A stretch of 64,000 nt of DNA. It comes from Anaerohalosphaeraceae bacterium. GTDB lineage: Bacteria > Planctomycetota > Phycisphaerae > Sedimentisphaerales > Anaerohalosphaeraceae. Shown here one piece after another: positions 9,829 to 20,398 of this stretch. The notes beneath the pieces were generated by a model. It did no database searches and was not told the DNA's origin. It was given only the letters and a program-made list of their open reading frames with translations. The translations under genes and the position numbers were made by a program. Each line of letters starts with the position of its first letter. Positions within the stretch are counted from its first letter, which is position 1. The stretch is from contig JBNRMN010000034.1 of assembly GCA_050309605.1 (NCBI GenBank), forward strand, positions 96,001 through 160,000. The letters run 5' to 3'.

Positions 9829-12800
9829 TCAGCCGCGAAAGAGTTTACGCAGCAGGGCCAGCAGGGTGGGCGGTTCGAAATAGTTTTTCTCCAGGCGCAG
9901 GTGGACGGTGCGGGCATCGGGGATGCGGACGGTGCCCGGCCAGCGGGCGAACAGGTCGGTTGCGTCGGCGCCGTCGGCAAAGGTGAAGATCACGTCCGGT
10001 TTTTGTACGATGATGCTCTGGATATTCCATCGGCTGGCCAGCAGACGAATGCGGGCCAGTTCAAGCGTCAGCGTCACCTGATCAGGCGCCGGACCGAACA
10101 GGTCGCGCAGCTCACGATTGAGCTGATCGATATCCTGGGGCCGCGGCGCCGTGGCCAGGCGGCGATACACTTCCATTCGCTGGCGGTCGGAGTGGATGTA
10201 ACGCTTGGGAATATAGGCGGCAAAGCCCGGATCAATGAGGGTCTGCGGCTCTTGTTCAATCGGTTCATTTTTCAGTCGCTTGACCGCCTCGCTCAGCAGC
10301 TTGCAATACAGCTCATAGCCGACGGTGTTGATATGGCCGGATTGTTCGGCGCCGAGGATGTTGCCCGCTCCGCGAATCTCCAGATCGCGCAGGGCAATGC
10401 GAAAACCGGCGCCAAGCTGGGAATATTCTTCAATCGCCTTAAGCCGTTTGCCCGCCACCGGCGAAACCGATCGCGCTTGCGGCAGCAGCAGCCAGGCATA
10501 GGCTCGATGCTTGTAGCGCCCCACACGGCCGCGAAGCTGATGCAGTTGGGCCAGCCCCATCCGGTCGGCCTCGCAGATGATGATGGTGTTGGCGTTGGGG
10601 ATGTCGATGCCCGATTCGATTATCGTCGAACAGACCAGCACATCGGTGTCGCCGGTCACAAAGCGAATCATGGCGTCTTCCAGTTCATGCTTGGGCATTT
10701 GTCCGTGCGCGACATCGATGCGAATGCGCGGGTCGCCAACGATTTCACGCAGCTTCCAGGCGGCTTGTTCGATGGTCTGGACACGATTATGCAGATAGAA
10801 CACCTGTCCGTCGCGGGCGGCCTCGGTAAGAATCGCCTTGCGGATAACATCCGGATCAAAACGGCAGACCCGCGTCATGACGCTGCGGCGATCCAAAGGC
10901 GGCGTCGAAAGCGAGCTGATATCGCGCAGCCCGATCAGCGACATATGCAGCGTGCGCGGGATGGGCGTGGCCGTCAGCGTCAGGATATCGACATTGACGC
11001 GAAAGCGTTTGAGCCGTTCTTTATGTTCAACGCCGAAACGCTGCTCTTCATCGATAATCAGCAGTCCCAAATCTTTCAATCCCACATCATCGCTGAGCAG
11101 GCGATGTGTTCCGATGAGAATATCAACTCGTCCCTGGCGTGCGGCTTCCAAAATCATCTGTGTCTCTTTGGGCGTGGTAAAGCGGTTGAGCACTTCCACA
11201 CAAACCGGAAAATCGGCGAACCGCTGACGAAAGGTCCGTCCGTGCTGGACGCTGAGTACCGTCGTCGGCACAAGAATGGCAACTTGCTTGCCGGCCTGTA
11301 CCGCCTTGAAGGCCGCCCGCATTGCCAGTTCCGTCTTGCCGTAACCCACATCGCCGCACAGGAGCCGATCCATGGGTTTATCGGAAGCCATATCGCGTTT
11401 GATGTCCGCGGCGGCGGTGATCTGATCAGACGTTTCCTGATAGAGAAATGATTCTTCAAACTCCTTTTGCCAGAGCGTGTCCGGCCCATAGTTAAATCCG
11501 CCGAGCTTGTCGCGTTTGGCCTGTGTGGCCAGCAGTTCGGCCGCCAGTTCTTCAACGCCCTGAGCGACCATTTGTTTTTGGCGTTCCCAGCGTTTGCCGC
11601 CGATTTTGCTCAGCGGCGGTCGCCTTGGCCCGGAGCCGATATATTTCTGCACGAGATGGATGTTGGACACCGGCACGTGAATCTGTATCTTGTCGGCGTA
11701 TTCGAGCGTCAGATACTCGGCCTTCGAATCGCCCTTGTCCATCGTTTTCATTCCGATGAATTTGCCGATGCCGTGCGTGATGTGTACGACGTAGTCGCCG
11801 CGCTGCAGATCCAGCACGTTGTCCACGGGCGAAACGCTGCTGATCCGCCGGACGCGACGCCGCACGGAAACCTGCCCGAACAATTCGTGATGGGTAATCA
11901 ACGCGGTGTTCAGCGATGTGATGATGAACCCCTGCCGGACAAACCCTCTTTTCAGATGCAGGGTGTCGGGGAGGTTGCCGTGTTCTCGCAAAATTTCGCG
12001 GACGCGCTGCATTTCGGCCTGATTTTCACAGTACAACAGCACGGTATGGTCCTGGGCAAAGGTCAGCAGTTCATCCAGCAGGGCGTGTCGATCCTTCCAC
12101 ACCGCGCCGGCCTTGTGCTCAAACTGTTGGGCGCTGGTCACGCCCAGATGGATATCGCAGTCGGCGCCGGTCGAAAACCGGCTGACCTCTAATCGAGCGA
12201 ATTGATCGGCGGTCTGATAGATGGCTGAGAACGGATACAGCCCCCGCGGATCATCCAGCCGATGCAAAAAGACATCCGACACCTCAGCCGCTTCAACGGG
12301 TTCCTCGAAGAACAGAATCGTATCCGGCGGCAGCAGATTCAGCATCAGTTCCGTTCCTTCCGGCTCCAGACGGGGCCGAGGAGCGACGACGGCCACCTGC
12401 CGAATGTTTCGGGCCGAACGCTGCGTATCCAGATCAATGATGCGCAGACTTTCAATCTGATCGCCGAAAAATTCGATTCGCACCGGCTCCGGCTCAGTCA
12501 GTCCCGGCGTGTCAAGATCATCGTCAGTCGAGGCGGCCACGGGCGAAAAGATATCAATGATCCCGCCGCGATGGGCGTACTGGCCCGGCATATCCACGCT
12601 GTCAGTTCGCTCAAAGCCCTGGTCGTTCAGCCAGGCAGCGACCCGTTCCGGCTCAATGGACTGGCCGACGGCCAATTCGAGCGTTTGTTGATGGAGCATT
12701 TCGACGCGGGGAATCGGCTGGTTCAGCGCCTGGATGCAAGTCGAGAGCATAAACGGCTCCGTTCGTCCGGTCCGGCGCATGGTATCGAGCCACATGGCCA

Positions 12801-13125
12801 GTCGAAGCCGCTGGGCGCCGATCTCATCGGTTGCATCGGACGGTTCATTTTCCCCTTCCCAGACTGGAAACGTCGGTACAAGCCCGCCGGCAAAGACCTG
12901 CAGATCGTCGGCGACATTATCTGCGTCGTCAATGTGCGGACTGATGTATAAGATCGGCCGATTCAGCGTGTGGCCAAGGTGTGCCGCCAGCAGGGGCGCA
13001 TACGATCCCCACGTCCCGTCGGCTTTAACAGCGGGTCGGCGGTCGCTTTTGGCAGTCAATCGCTCAAGGATCGACCGCACCGCGGCATCCTGCTCCAGGC
13101 AAATCGTTGCGTTGTGTTTGTCCAT
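9829..13125 (-). CDS. mfd: transcription-repair coupling factor
   Basis: UvrB-like N-terminus, CarD-like RID (GDYVVHITHGIG), GDVGYGKTE, DEEQRFG, QLRGRVGR, TRG motif DLEIRGAGNILG. Confidence 0.97.
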   Translation of the reverse strand: MDKHNATICLEQDAAVRSILERLTAKSDRRPAVKADGTWGSYAPLLAAHLGHTLNRPILYISPHIDDADNVADDLQVFAGGLVPTFPVWEGENEPSDATDEIGAQRLRLAMWLDTMRRTGRTEPFMLSTCIQALNQPIPRVEMLHQQTLELAVGQSIEPERVAAWLNDQGFERTDSVDMPGQYAHRGGIIDIFSPVAASTDDDLDTPGLTEPEPVRIEFFGDQIESLRIIDLDTQRSARNIRQVAVVAPRPRLEPEGTELMLNLLPPDTILFFEEPVEAAEVSDVFLHRLDDPRGLYPFSAIYQTADQFARLEVSRFSTGADCDIHLGVTSAQQFEHKAGAVWKDRHALLDELLTFAQDHTVLLYCENQAEMQRVREILREHGNLPDTLHLKRGFVRQGFIITSLNTALITHHELFGQVSVRRRVRRISSVSPVDNVLDLQRGDYVVHITHGIGKFIGMKTMDKGDSKAEYLTLEYADKIQIHVPVSNIHLVQKYIGSGPRRPPLSKIGGKRWERQKQMVAQGVEELAAELLATQAKRDKLGGFNYGPDTLWQKEFEESFLYQETSDQITAAADIKRDMASDKPMDRLLCGDVGYGKTELAMRAAFKAVQAGKQVAILVPTTVLSVQHGRTFRQRFADFPVCVEVLNRFTTPKETQMILEAARQGRVDILIGTHRLLSDDVGLKDLGLLIIDEEQRFGVEHKERLKRFRVNVDILTLTATPIPRTLHMSLIGLRDISSLSTPPLDRRSVMTRVCRFDPDVIRKAILTEAARDGQVFYLHNRVQTIEQAAWKLREIVGDPRIRIDVAHGQMPKHELEDAMIRFVTGDTDVLVCSTIIESGIDIPNANTIIICEADRMGLAQLHQLRGRVGRYKHRAYAWLLLPQARSVSPVAGKRLKAIEEYSQLGAGFRIALRDLEIRGAGNILGAEQSGHINTVGYELYCKLLSEAVKRLKNEPIEQEPQTLIDPGFAAYIPKRYIHSDRQRMEVYRRLATAPRPQDIDQLNRELRDLFGPAPDQVTLTLELARIRLLASRWNIQSIIVQKPDVIFTFADGADATDLFARWPGTVRIPDARTVHLRLEKNYFEPPTLLALLRKLFRG

Positions 13126-13273
13126 TAAAACAACAAGGATAATTCATCAGGCAAAGATATTCAAGAGGGCGACACGGCAAGAACAGTCTCAGGACAAGTT
13201 CTGTCTGAATAAATACAAATCGGTCGTCAGAAATCCGGAAAAGGAGTCGTGCATCAAGGTGTTAGTCTCTCTG

Positions 13274-14431
13274 CTATCGCCGCACAAATAAATTGCCTGC
13301 AAGCTGTTTGACCAATCCTTTTAACTGTAAGCTGACCGTCGCGGCATAAATTGTCCCGGCCGGCAGATCGGTTCGAGCGATCAGTTCTTCCAGATGCAGC
13401 GGACGGCCGTCAAAACACGCATAGACTTGACGTTCCGGATCACTGAGATTCAAATCGGATACATCAAACAGTGTTTTTTGTGCTTTTTTTTCTGCGATTT
13501 CAGCAGTCTGGACGGCGTGTTTTTTCAAATCCTGACCGATACAGCCCAGTGCGTCCATTAACTCCTCGATGCTATCTATCAGCCGCGCACCCTGTTTAAT
13601 CAATTTGTGCGAACCGGCACAAGATGGATTGTCAATCAGTCCGGGAACGGCCATCACTTCGCGATTATTGTCCAATGAGGCCTGCGCTGTAATCAGCGCT
13701 CCGCTGCTCAGGCCGGCTTCGACCACCAGTGTGCCCATGGCCAGCCCGGCGATAATGCGATTTCGTCCGGGAAAATTCTCTGACAGCGGCTCATAGGTCA
13801 GCGGCAATTCGCTGATGATGGCCCCGTTTTCGGCGATTTGCTCAAACAACGGCTTGTTTTCCGGAGGAAAGACGTGTGCCAATCCGCACCCTTGCACGAC
13901 GATCGTGCGTCCTTTGGCCGACAGCGCGCCGCGGTGGGCGGCCGAATCAATCCCGCGAGCGCCGCCGCTGACCACCGTAAAGCCGGTACCGGCCAAAAAA
14001 TGGGCAAACCGATTCGCCTGTTCCAGCCCGTATTGACTGCACCGCCGCGAGCCGACCACTGCCACGGCCAGACCGTCCTGACGCTGAACGGTTCCTTTGA
14101 CATACAGCACCGGCGGGGGGTCGTAGATTTGCCGCAGCGCCGCCGGATACCGCGGGTCGTCCAGACACATCAGCCACACGCCGTGTTTCGCGGCCAGATC
14201 CAGTTCCTTGGCCGTGTCAAACTGATCCCGCGAGCGCACGATGCGCTCGGCGGTTTTTTCACCGATGCCGTCCACTTTGGTCAGTTGTCGGACCGATGCG
14301 CCGAGTACGGCCTCGATTGAACCGAGTGTCTCGACCAGTTTGCGAAAGTTAACCGGGCCGACGCCGTCTGCGCGAATCAGCGAAAGCCATTTTTCGATGT
14401 CCGGTGAATGAGTTTGAGTCTGCAACGCCAT
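13274..14431 (-). CDS. dprA: DNA-processing protein DprA
   Basis: AVVGSR, VVSGGARGID, NFPGRNRIIAGL, VVEAGLSSGALITA, C-terminal winged helix. Confidence 0.95.
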   Translation of the reverse strand: MALQTQTHSPDIEKWLSLIRADGVGPVNFRKLVETLGSIEAVLGASVRQLTKVDGIGEKTAERIVRSRDQFDTAKELDLAAKHGVWLMCLDDPRYPAALRQIYDPPPVLYVKGTVQRQDGLAVAVVGSRRCSQYGLEQANRFAHFLAGTGFTVVSGGARGIDSAAHRGALSAKGRTIVVQGCGLAHVFPPENKPLFEQIAENGAIISELPLTYEPLSENFPGRNRIIAGLAMGTLVVEAGLSSGALITAQASLDNNREVMAVPGLIDNPSCAGSHKLIKQGARLIDSIEELMDALGCIGQDLKKHAVQTAEIAEKKAQKTLFDVSDLNLSDPERQVYACFDGRPLHLEELIARTDLPAGTIYAATVSLQLKGLVKQLAGNLFVRR

Positions 14432-14590
14432 ATCCCCTTCATTTCAGGTCTTCAATTTCCCGAAAATGTATCGGTTTGACCCATTCCTGTCAATCCCAAA
14501 AATCAGTCGAACAAGAGGTTTTCTTTTGGCGTGGTCTCAAGTATGATAGAGTCTGTCGGGTATGGCGGCGATTGAAAAGGGCATGCAGCG

Positions 14591-14965
14591 ATGAAACAGA
14601 TTCGACAACGATTTGCGACAAACTGGGTTGGTTTTTGGGAAGATTGGAAGGTCTTGATGTTTGTGTTTTTCGTCGCATTGCTGGCCGATGCGGTCAGTAC
14701 GATGCATTTTATGCGATATGAAGGTGTCGAGGCCGAAATGCATCCCATCGTCAACCTGGTTTCCCGTTGGGTCGGACCGGTGTGGGGGCCGCTGATCGGG
14801 GCGCTGTCCAAAGCGGCGGCCGGCGTTATTGCCGCGGTCTATTTTCGACGGATTGCCGGATTTATCTTCGGGCTGAGCAGTCTCATCTCCGTCTGGGCGG
14901 CATGGTTTAACCTGTGGGGCTATCGCATGTATGAGCCGAATATTTATGTCTGGTGGCCGTTTTGA
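14591..14965 (+). CDS. small membrane protein (DUF5658-like)
   Basis: Three hydrophobic segments with D-x2-ST...E-x-H-P motif. Confidence 0.6.
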   Translation: MKQIRQRFATNWVGFWEDWKVLMFVFFVALLADAVSTMHFMRYEGVEAEMHPIVNLVSRWVGPVWGPLIGALSKAAAGVIAAVYFRRIAGFIFGLSSLISVWAAWFNLWGYRMYEPNIYVWWPF

Positions 14966-15056
14966 CGGCGGCTGATCAAGCCCTTTGCCGCAGCGCTGAG
15001 AATGCAGCAGATAGTCGTTTTTGGAGGTCGAAATATAATAATTGTGCTGACTGAAC

Positions 15057-15896
15057 GTGAGTGTTCCATTATTGAAGAACAAAGAACAACTTTCCATTCT
15101 GTTTGAAAACGATGATATTATCGTGATCAATAAGCCCACAGGCGTGTCGGTAACCGCTGATCGCACCGGTGCGGCCGATGTGCTGCAACTATTAAATGCT
15201 CAGCTTCAGCCGTCCGAACCGATTCGGCTGGTACATCGTCTTGATAAAGAGACATCCGGGGTGATGCTGCTGGCCAGACATCGCGACGCCCAAAGCCGCT
15301 ATTCGCGGTTGTTCGCCAAGCGGCTTGTCCGTAAACTGTATCTGGCGATTGTCAACGGTCCGGTCATTTCCGCGTTCGGTTCCATCAAAGATCCCATCGC
15401 CCGCAGCCGTCGCAATCCGCGTGCGATGCACATTCATCCGCGGCTGGGCAAGCCCGCCCATACCCTTTGGCGCCGACTGGCCGATTTCGGCGGCCCGACG
15501 CTTGTTGCCGCCCAGCCGATTACAGGTCGAACGCATCAAATCCGCATCCACTTTGCCCATCGCGGAATGCCGCTGACGATTGACCCGATGTATGGTCAGA
15601 CGGCTCCGCTGATGCTCTCGGCCTATAAACCAGGCTACCGCGGCAAATCGGGCCGTCCCGAATCGCCTTTAATTGACCGTCTGACGCTGCACGCCTACCA
15701 ACTGGCGGTTCCCATCGGCGAAGACGAGGACGCTGCTTCTCAGGTCTTGGTCGCGCTGCCCGACAAAAAATTTCTGGCCGCCGTCAAGATGCTGGCCAAA
15801 CACACCGGCTCGGCCGGCCGCGACGCGGCCTTTGATGACCCCCGTGATCTGGATCATATCCTTGCCGGTCGGCCTCTGGATTTCCTTGATCGGTGA
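15057..15896 (+). CDS. RluA-family pseudouridine synthase
   Basis: INKPTG, HRLDKETSG (catalytic Asp), TGRTHQIRIH, LHAYQL. Confidence 0.93.
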   Translation: MSVPLLKNKEQLSILFENDDIIVINKPTGVSVTADRTGAADVLQLLNAQLQPSEPIRLVHRLDKETSGVMLLARHRDAQSRYSRLFAKRLVRKLYLAIVNGPVISAFGSIKDPIARSRRNPRAMHIHPRLGKPAHTLWRRLADFGGPTLVAAQPITGRTHQIRIHFAHRGMPLTIDPMYGQTAPLMLSAYKPGYRGKSGRPESPLIDRLTLHAYQLAVPIGEDEDAASQVLVALPDKKFLAAVKMLAKHTGSAGRDAAFDDPRDLDHILAGRPLDFLDR

Positions 15897-15949
15897 GAGG
15901 GGCACTTTTATCCTTTGTTCTTTGTCTGTTTTTGTTATAATCATGGACG

Positions 15950-16669
15950 ATGCGACTGAAATTTATTACCTGCAAGGTGCTCCAGAAAGAGGCCTATTGG
16001 TGCGCGTCCCGGAGTGCCCATATCGTTGATGTTGTGCTGATGCCGCAGGGTTTGCACAACACGCCGGACGTGTTGCGCCGTGAGGTGCAGTGTGAATTGA
16101 ACCGTTCCGCCGACCTCTCAGGTCAACCCTATGACGCCATGCTGCTGGGGTACGGCCTGTGCAGCAACGGGGTGGCGGGCTTAACCGCGTCCATTCGAAC
16201 GGTTGTGCCTCGCGGTCATGACTGTATTACGCTGCTGCTCGGCTCCAGAGAACGCTACCAGACGTATTTTGACAGTCATCGCGGTGTCTATTGGTACAGC
16301 TCCGGCTGGATCGAAACCGGCACGATGCCCGGCAAAGAACGCTGCGAGCGGCTGCTGGCCGAATACACCGACAAATACGGCCCGGACAACGCCCGCTACC
16401 TGATGGAGGCCGAGCAGACGTGGATGAAGGAATACAACTGGGCGACCTACATTGATTGGCATCTGCCCGGCAGCGACGAGCAGAAGGCCTATACCCGACG
16501 CTGTGCGGATTATCTGGGGTGGCGGTTTGATGTGATCCAAGGCGATTCGGATTTGATGCAGCGGCTGGTGGACGGCCGATGGGACGAGCGGGATTTTCTC
16601 ATTGTGGCTCCCGGACAAACCCTCATAGACGACCTGACAAGCGCCTGTCTGATGCGGGCACAAAAGTAA
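15950..16669 (+). CDS. DUF1638-family protein
   Basis: ITC...QGLHNTP...LLGYGLCSNG...HDCITLLLGS pattern. Confidence 0.75.
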   Translation: MRLKFITCKVLQKEAYWCASRSAHIVDVVLMPQGLHNTPDVLRREVQCELNRSADLSGQPYDAMLLGYGLCSNGVAGLTASIRTVVPRGHDCITLLLGSRERYQTYFDSHRGVYWYSSGWIETGTMPGKERCERLLAEYTDKYGPDNARYLMEAEQTWMKEYNWATYIDWHLPGSDEQKAYTRRCADYLGWRFDVIQGDSDLMQRLVDGRWDERDFLIVAPGQTLIDDLTSACLMRAQK

Positions 16670-17640
16670 TGAATATGAATTCTCCGTATGCGACAACCCT
16701 TCCGGTGATGATTCTGCTGACGGCGGCAGGGACGGTGCTGCTGTTTGAGGGGTATGTGCTGGGGCGATGGCTGTGGCTGACATTTCATCGCAAAACAAAG
16801 CCGCCCATACGGCGTTTCCATGTGCTGATCCATAGCCTCGTCCTGACGGGGCTGATGTGCGTGCTTTACGCGGTGCTGATCGAACCCTATTGGCCGCAAG
16901 TTACCGTTGTTCGGCTGGAAACGTCCAAGCTGCAAAATACCGTTCTGCGCATTGTGCAGATTTCCGATTTACACTGCGATGCCAAACCGCGGCTCGAGCC
17001 GCGCCTGCCGGAACTGGTCAACGGGCTGGATCCTGATCTGATTGTCTTTACCGGCGATGCGGTCAATTCGCGTGACGGTCTTGAATTGTTTCAAAAGACG
17101 CTGGCCGCGATGACCGCGCCGCTGGGCAAATTCGCCGTACGCGGCAACTGGGATTACCGTATCACGGCCGATCTGTTTGACGGGACCGGCTTTGAGCCGC
17201 TGCCGCTGAAGGCCCTACGGCTGGAAAAGGACGGCGAGGCGGTGATGGTGTGCGGGATTGACTATCACTTCGGCCGTGTCAGTCAACAAGCGCTCGGTCA
17301 GCTTGATTCGGATACGTGGAATGTCCTGCTTTATCACAGCCCCGACCTGATTGATTATCTTGATAATCAGCCGGTCGATTTGTTTTTGTCCGGCCATACG
17401 CATGGCGGACAGGTGGCCTTGCCGTTTTACGGCGCGCTGGTGACAATGAGCCGTCATGGTAAGACCTATGAAGCGGGACGTTATACCGTCGGCGATATCA
17501 CACTTTACGTCAATCGGGGAATTGGAATGTGCGGCATTGGCCCGCGCGTTCGATTCTGCGCCCGTCCGGAGATTACCCTCTTTGAAATTTATCCGGCTGA
17601 CACTATGCCGTCTGAAACGGATGATCCCTTACATAAGTGA
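16669..17640 (+). CDS. membrane-anchored metallophosphoesterase (YkuE/YaeI-like)
   Basis: SDLH, TGD, GNWD, LLYHSP, SGHTHGGQ motifs; ATG overlaps the upstream TAA. Confidence 0.9.
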   Translation: MNMNSPYATTLPVMILLTAAGTVLLFEGYVLGRWLWLTFHRKTKPPIRRFHVLIHSLVLTGLMCVLYAVLIEPYWPQVTVVRLETSKLQNTVLRIVQISDLHCDAKPRLEPRLPELVNGLDPDLIVFTGDAVNSRDGLELFQKTLAAMTAPLGKFAVRGNWDYRITADLFDGTGFEPLPLKALRLEKDGEAVMVCGIDYHFGRVSQQALGQLDSDTWNVLLYHSPDLIDYLDNQPVDLFLSGHTHGGQVALPFYGALVTMSRHGKTYEAGRYTVGDITLYVNRGIGMCGIGPRVRFCARPEITLFEIYPADTMPSETDDPLHK

Positions 17641-18206
17641 GTATGTTTGAACTGCTGACTATTTCCGGCATTGGTATCGGCCTGGCGATGGATGCGTTTG
17701 CGGTGTCGATTGTCTGCGGGGCGGTCTTTCGCCGGCTGGGTGTTCTGCACGCGCTGCGAATGGCCTTGTTCTTCGGTGCCTTTCAATCGCTGATGCCGCT
17801 GTTGGGATTTTTCGCCGGCAGGGCCTTCGAAGGCGTCGTTGGTGTGTATGATCATTGGGCTGCTTTTGTGCTGCTGGCCCTTGTCGGCGGGAAAATGATT
17901 TACGAAGGATTCAAGATTGAAGAAGTCGAAAAAAAGCCCGCCGATCCGTCCAGCCTGTTGGCCCTGTTGGTCTTGAGCATTGCCACAAGCATCGACGCCC
18001 TGGCCGTCGGTGTAACCCTGTCGCTGCTGACGCATTCCATTGGGCTGGCCGTGAGCCTGATCGGTCTGATTACCTTTATCCTGTCCTATGCAGGTTACGT
18101 CATCGGCAAGCGGGCCGGCCATTTTTTTGAGAACAAAATTGAAATTATCGGCGGCCTGATTCTGATTCTCATCGGGTGTAAAATTCTGCTTGAGCATCTC
18201 TTTTGA
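17637..18206 (+). CDS. mntP: manganese efflux pump MntP
   Basis: GLAMDAFAVS and ATSIDALAVG repeats, six TM segments. Confidence 0.92.
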   Translation: MSMFELLTISGIGIGLAMDAFAVSIVCGAVFRRLGVLHALRMALFFGAFQSLMPLLGFFAGRAFEGVVGVYDHWAAFVLLALVGGKMIYEGFKIEEVEKKPADPSSLLALLVLSIATSIDALAVGVTLSLLTHSIGLAVSLIGLITFILSYAGYVIGKRAGHFFENKIEIIGGLILILIGCKILLEHLF

Positions 18207-18326
18207 CGATAACGTCTTTCCGCAAATCACTTCTTTCTTGTCGAAAATATGCTTGTTTGCGGCCTGGTTGTGTGTTATAAGGCCTTCTTTACGCCGGTTG
18301 TTCACCTTTTCACAGGAGATTTCGCT

Positions 18327-19589
18327 ATGCAGTCAGCCATTGAGAAAAGCGATTTAGAAGTTTTTGATATTATTTGCCGCGAACAAGAGCGTCAGGCCGC
18401 CTCTTTGCGGATGATTCCGTCTGAAAATTATGTTTCCCAAGCGGTGATGGCAGCTACGGGAAGCTGTCTGACCAATAAATACGCTGAAGGCTATCCCGGC
18501 AAACGCTATTACGAGGGACAGGAATATACCGACCGCATCGAGAATCTGGCCCGTCAGCGGGCGATGGCCTTGTTCGGGGCCGAAGGCGCCAACGTCCAGC
18601 CGCATTCCGGTTCCCCGGCCAATCTGGCGACCTACTGCGCATTGGCCGAACCCGGCTCGACGATCATGGGGCTGGCGCTGCCGCACGGCGGTCACCTGAC
18701 ACACGGCTGGAAGGTCAGTTTTACCGGAAAGTTCTTCAATTCCGTTCAGTATGAACTGGACCCCAAGACCGGCCGGCTTGACTACAACAAAATTGCCGAT
18801 TTAGCCAAAATACATAAACCCAAAATCCTCATTTCCGGCGCCAGCGCCTATCCGCGGGCGATTGATTTTACGGCGTTTCAGGAAATCGCCAGGTCCGTTG
18901 GGGCCTGTCACGTCTGTGATATGGCCCACATCGCCGGACTGGTCGCCGGCAAGGTCCATATGAGTCCTGTGCCGTATGCCGATGTGGTAACGACGACGAC
19001 GCACAAGACCCTTCGCGGGCCGCGCGGCGGAATGATTTTGTTCCGGAAGGAACACGAAGCGGCCATTAACAAGGCCGTCTTTCCCGGAATGCAGGGCGGG
19101 CCGCATATGCATACGATTTCAGCACTGGCCGTGGCGCTGGGCGAGGCCGCCACGCCGGACTTTGAGGCCTATGCCAAACAGGTCGTCGCCAACGCCAAAC
19201 GGCTGGCTGATAAACTGATGAATTTCGGCTTTCAATTGGTTTCCGGCGGCACGGACAACCATTTGATGCTGATTGATCTGCGCAACAAGGGACTGACCGG
19301 CAAACCGCTGGCCAAGGCGCTGGATCGGGCCGGTATTGTCTGCAATTATAATTCGGTACCGGGGGATACTGCCGGTCCGTTCAATCCCAGCGGCCTGCGG
19401 CTGGGAACACCGGCGCTGACTACGCGGGGAATGAAAGAAGAGCAGATGGATCAGGTCGCCGAGTGGATCAATACCGTCGCCGACAACATCGATAACGAAG
19501 AAGTCATCGCCAAAGTCGGCCGCGCGGTCAAAGATGTGTGCACTCAATTTCCCGTGCCGGAACTGTTTGTCAAACGAGCGAATCAGTAA
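18327..19589 (+). CDS. glyA: serine hydroxymethyltransferase
   Basis: IPSENY, YAEGYPGKRYY, GGHLTHG, TTTTHKTLRGPRGG (PLP lysine); ATG 18327 after AGGAG. Confidence 0.98.
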   Translation: MQSAIEKSDLEVFDIICREQERQAASLRMIPSENYVSQAVMAATGSCLTNKYAEGYPGKRYYEGQEYTDRIENLARQRAMALFGAEGANVQPHSGSPANLATYCALAEPGSTIMGLALPHGGHLTHGWKVSFTGKFFNSVQYELDPKTGRLDYNKIADLAKIHKPKILISGASAYPRAIDFTAFQEIARSVGACHVCDMAHIAGLVAGKVHMSPVPYADVVTTTTHKTLRGPRGGMILFRKEHEAAINKAVFPGMQGGPHMHTISALAVALGEAATPDFEAYAKQVVANAKRLADKLMNFGFQLVSGGTDNHLMLIDLRNKGLTGKPLAKALDRAGIVCNYNSVPGDTAGPFNPSGLRLGTPALTTRGMKEEQMDQVAEWINTVADNIDNEEVIAKVGRAVKDVCTQFPVPELFVKRANQ

Positions 19590-19615
19590 GCATGCCGTAG
19601 CGTAAAAAATATCCA

Positions 19616-19649
19616 GCCCTGTCCTCGACACAAAGGACAGGGTTTTTTT
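19616..19649 (+). terminator. intrinsic terminator after glyA
   Basis: GCCCTGTCCT/AGGACAGGGT stem followed by a T tract. Confidence 0.8.
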
Positions 19650-19667
19650 ATCAATTCCCAGCCGTTT

Positions 19668-19931
19668 TTATGGGTGGGGGTTTTGTCTATGCAGCCGTAT
19701 GGCATTGAGCTCTCGCTCAATCGGCCATTCGCAGAATGCCAGGATCAGCAGTGCAATGAAATTGGCAATGGGAATGAACATCAGCAGCCCCATGGCCCAG
19801 TGGAATCCGGCTTTGGAAAAAATTTTGCAATAAATGGCCACAAACAAGAGGACGATGGCCAAGACAACAACAATACCGAAACAGCCGCCCAGCAACTGGA
19901 CGGTTTGCGGAATATGAGGTGCAGTATGCAT
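19668..19931 (-). CDS. small membrane protein
   Basis: AGGAG RBS; KIFSKAG...GLLMFIPIANF...EWP, a recurrent small-membrane-protein pattern. Confidence 0.7.
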   Translation of the reverse strand: MHTAPHIPQTVQLLGGCFGIVVVLAIVLLFVAIYCKIFSKAGFHWAMGLLMFIPIANFIALLILAFCEWPIERELNAIRLHRQNPHP

Positions 19932-20074
19932 TTCGCTCTCCTTGTCCTTAAAACAGGTTGATCTTTTCCACGGCGACTCGATTCATACGATCAGACGCCG
20001 CCAACACAGAAGTGTTGCAGGTCTTTTTTCGATTCAGCATGATGCTGTTGCAGCGGGCGGTATGGTGTGAGCAG

Positions 20075-20257
20075 TCAATTCCGATTTGTTGTTTCCGGCA
20101 GTCGGCTCAGCAGCACGTCCACCTTGATCGACAGCGCAAATAACCCCAAACCCACACAGACCGCACCGATCAAAAAATGCTGCAAAGCCGCCAGAATCGG
20201 CCCGCACAACAGTAAAAACGGCATCAGATATCCCAACCACTGGCCAAACGTTCGCAT
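20075..20257 (-). CDS. hypothetical 60-aa two-TM protein
   Basis: GGAG RBS upstream; two hydrophobic helices. Confidence 0.45.
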   Translation of the reverse strand: MRTFGQWLGYLMPFLLLCGPILAALQHFLIGAVCVGLGLFALSIKVDVLLSRLPETTNRN

Positions 20258-20398
20258 GAGATACTCCCAAAATTAGACTGTCTTCGATGTAAACCCGGTT
20301 TGAGAAATTGTATTGCTTCCATGCAGGAATACATATATCCCGCCGCCCAAAAGAAAGATGGGCAAAACGCACAACAAAAAGAGTTTTTTAATAGCCAC

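Noticed and set aside
9727..11451. 574-aa plus-strand ORF
   Set aside because: Antisense shadow of mfd, with no recognisable motifs
17560..17640. yybP-ykoY riboswitch before mntP
   Set aside because: mntP overlaps the upstream gene; there is no leader
18207..18326. ZTP or glycine riboswitch before glyA
   Set aside because: Short leader with promoter-like sequence only; no aptamer consensus seen
18249..18326. N-terminal extensions given by the ORF track (glyA, thiS, thiH, pdaD, MBL, DsrE, gltD, LysR and others)
   Set aside because: They overlap neighbours or promoters; downstream starts with RBS or family-typical N-termini were used
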